DNA of 64,000 nucleotides. It comes from an uncultured Acidobacteriaceae bacterium (GTDB taxonomy: Bacteria > Acidobacteriota > Terriglobia > Terriglobales > Acidobacteriaceae). A program made the position numbers and the translations under genes. The notes under the pieces are model-generated. The model made no database searches, was not told where the DNA came from, and saw only the letters and a list, made by a program, of their open reading frames with translations. Shown piece by piece: positions 63,595-64,000 of the stretch. Location of the stretch: the NCBI GenBank assembly GCA_964514735.1, contig CAZETZ010000006.1:5467-69466 (forward strand), in the 5' to 3' direction. Positions within the stretch are counted from its first letter, which is position 1, and the number at the start of each line of letters is the position of its first letter.

Positions 63595-64000
63595 ATGAGA
63601 TCACGCTTCATGGTATTGACTTTGGGTCTGTGTTTCGTGCTGTTTGGTTGCAGCAGCAAGTCGGCGGATTCCGGGAGTGGAGGCAATGACGCCACTTCCG
63701 CTCCTGGTCCAGGGACCGAGAGCGCTGGTGGGAGCAGCAGCGCCGGCGCGGCAAAAAAGGCCGCGGCAGCCAAGACCATCGTAGTGCCGGCAGGGACGGT
63801 ACTCACCGTCCGGCTCGGACAGGCTGTGGGCTCGAAGATCAGCGAAACCGGGCAGTCTTTTTCCGCAACTCTGGCGGAGCCGGTGACGGTTGGCGGCGAA
63901 ACGGCAATCGCCAAAGGCGCCACGGCATCGGGCACGGTGGTAGATGCCAAACCACTCGGCCGATTCAAAGGCGGCGCGGTTTTGCAGTTGAAATTAGATT
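63595..64000 (+). CDS. partial lipoprotein, runs off the window
   Basis: ATG 63595 with lipobox MRSRFMVLTLGLCFVLFGC|SSK. A Gly/Ser/Ala-rich linker follows, then a beta-rich region. The frame is open to position 64000. It is not in the ORF track because no stop is reached. Confidence 0.5.
   Translation, partial: MRSRFMVLTLGLCFVLFGCSSKSADSGSGGNDATSAPGPGTESAGGSSSAGAAKKAAAAKTIVVPAGTVLTVRLGQAVGSKISETGQSFSATLAEPVTVGGETAIAKGATASGTVVDAKPLGRFKGGAVLQLKLD

Noticed and set aside
1-64000. Scan for CRISPR arrays, insertion sequences or transposases, integrases, prophage or defence-system genes, tRNA, rRNA and toxin-antitoxin pairs.
   Set aside because: None were recognised by eye. Every ORF of reasonable size is accounted for by flagellar, chemotaxis, signalling or housekeeping functions. 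A computational tRNA and ncRNA scan was not possible here.

Overview
GC-rich (about 60%) bacterial chromosomal segment. Positions 2.1-54.0 kb form one large flagellar and chemotaxis supercluster. I could not assign a taxon from the sequence alone.

Gene order:
- An OmpR-type two-component pair.
- Two sigma-54 activators flanking a soluble histidine kinase.
- flgBC-fliEFGHIJ-fliK-flgD-flgE.
- fliN-fliOPQR-flhBA.
- fliA-fliM-fliY, followed by a TRASH/MshEN-like protein.
- cheY-cheX.
- flgFG-flgA-flgHIJ.
- flgM, a small ORF, then flgN-like-flgKL and a TPR protein.
- On the minus strand: two tandem 620-aa flagellins, flaG-fliD-fliS and a FliT-like ORF.
- flbD-motAB.
- A periplasmic beta-carbonic anhydrase.
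- mcp-mcp-cheW-cheA-cheR-HDOD-cheB.

The last 10 kb holds ordinary housekeeping-type genes: an orphan receiver, M1 and M49-like peptidases, a TPR/MA-peptidase protein, a PP2C phosphatase, a SurA-like PPIase, a YhaM-like HD nuclease and a lipoprotein.

Hand-read promoter motifs suggest a sigma-54 tier followed by a sigma-28 tier. Sigma-54 matches (-24/-12) lie upstream of the kinase operon, fliK, the fliN export operon and possibly flgF. Sigma-28 matches (TAAA-N15/16-GCCGATAA) lie upstream of cheY, flgM, mcp and one flagellin, with a weaker one upstream of the carbonic anhydrase.

I saw no flhF/flhG, fliL, cheZ or PilZ gene. I also found no mobile element, CRISPR array, tRNA or rRNA.

Most notable observations:
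1. A stand-alone protein with a tandem MshEN-type c-di-GMP-binding motif is encoded as the last gene of the fliA-fliM-fliY switch operon.
2. An 87-aa module is shared at 52/87 identity between the hook protein FlgE and the filament cap FliD.
3. One sigma-54 activator lacks a DNA-binding domain and sits in the master-regulator position.
4. FlgD is only 80 aa.
5. Accessory genes (TPR, HDOD, carbonic anhydrase) are embedded in flagellar and chemotaxis operons.

All calls are from hand reading of the ORF track and the sequence. No database search was run.
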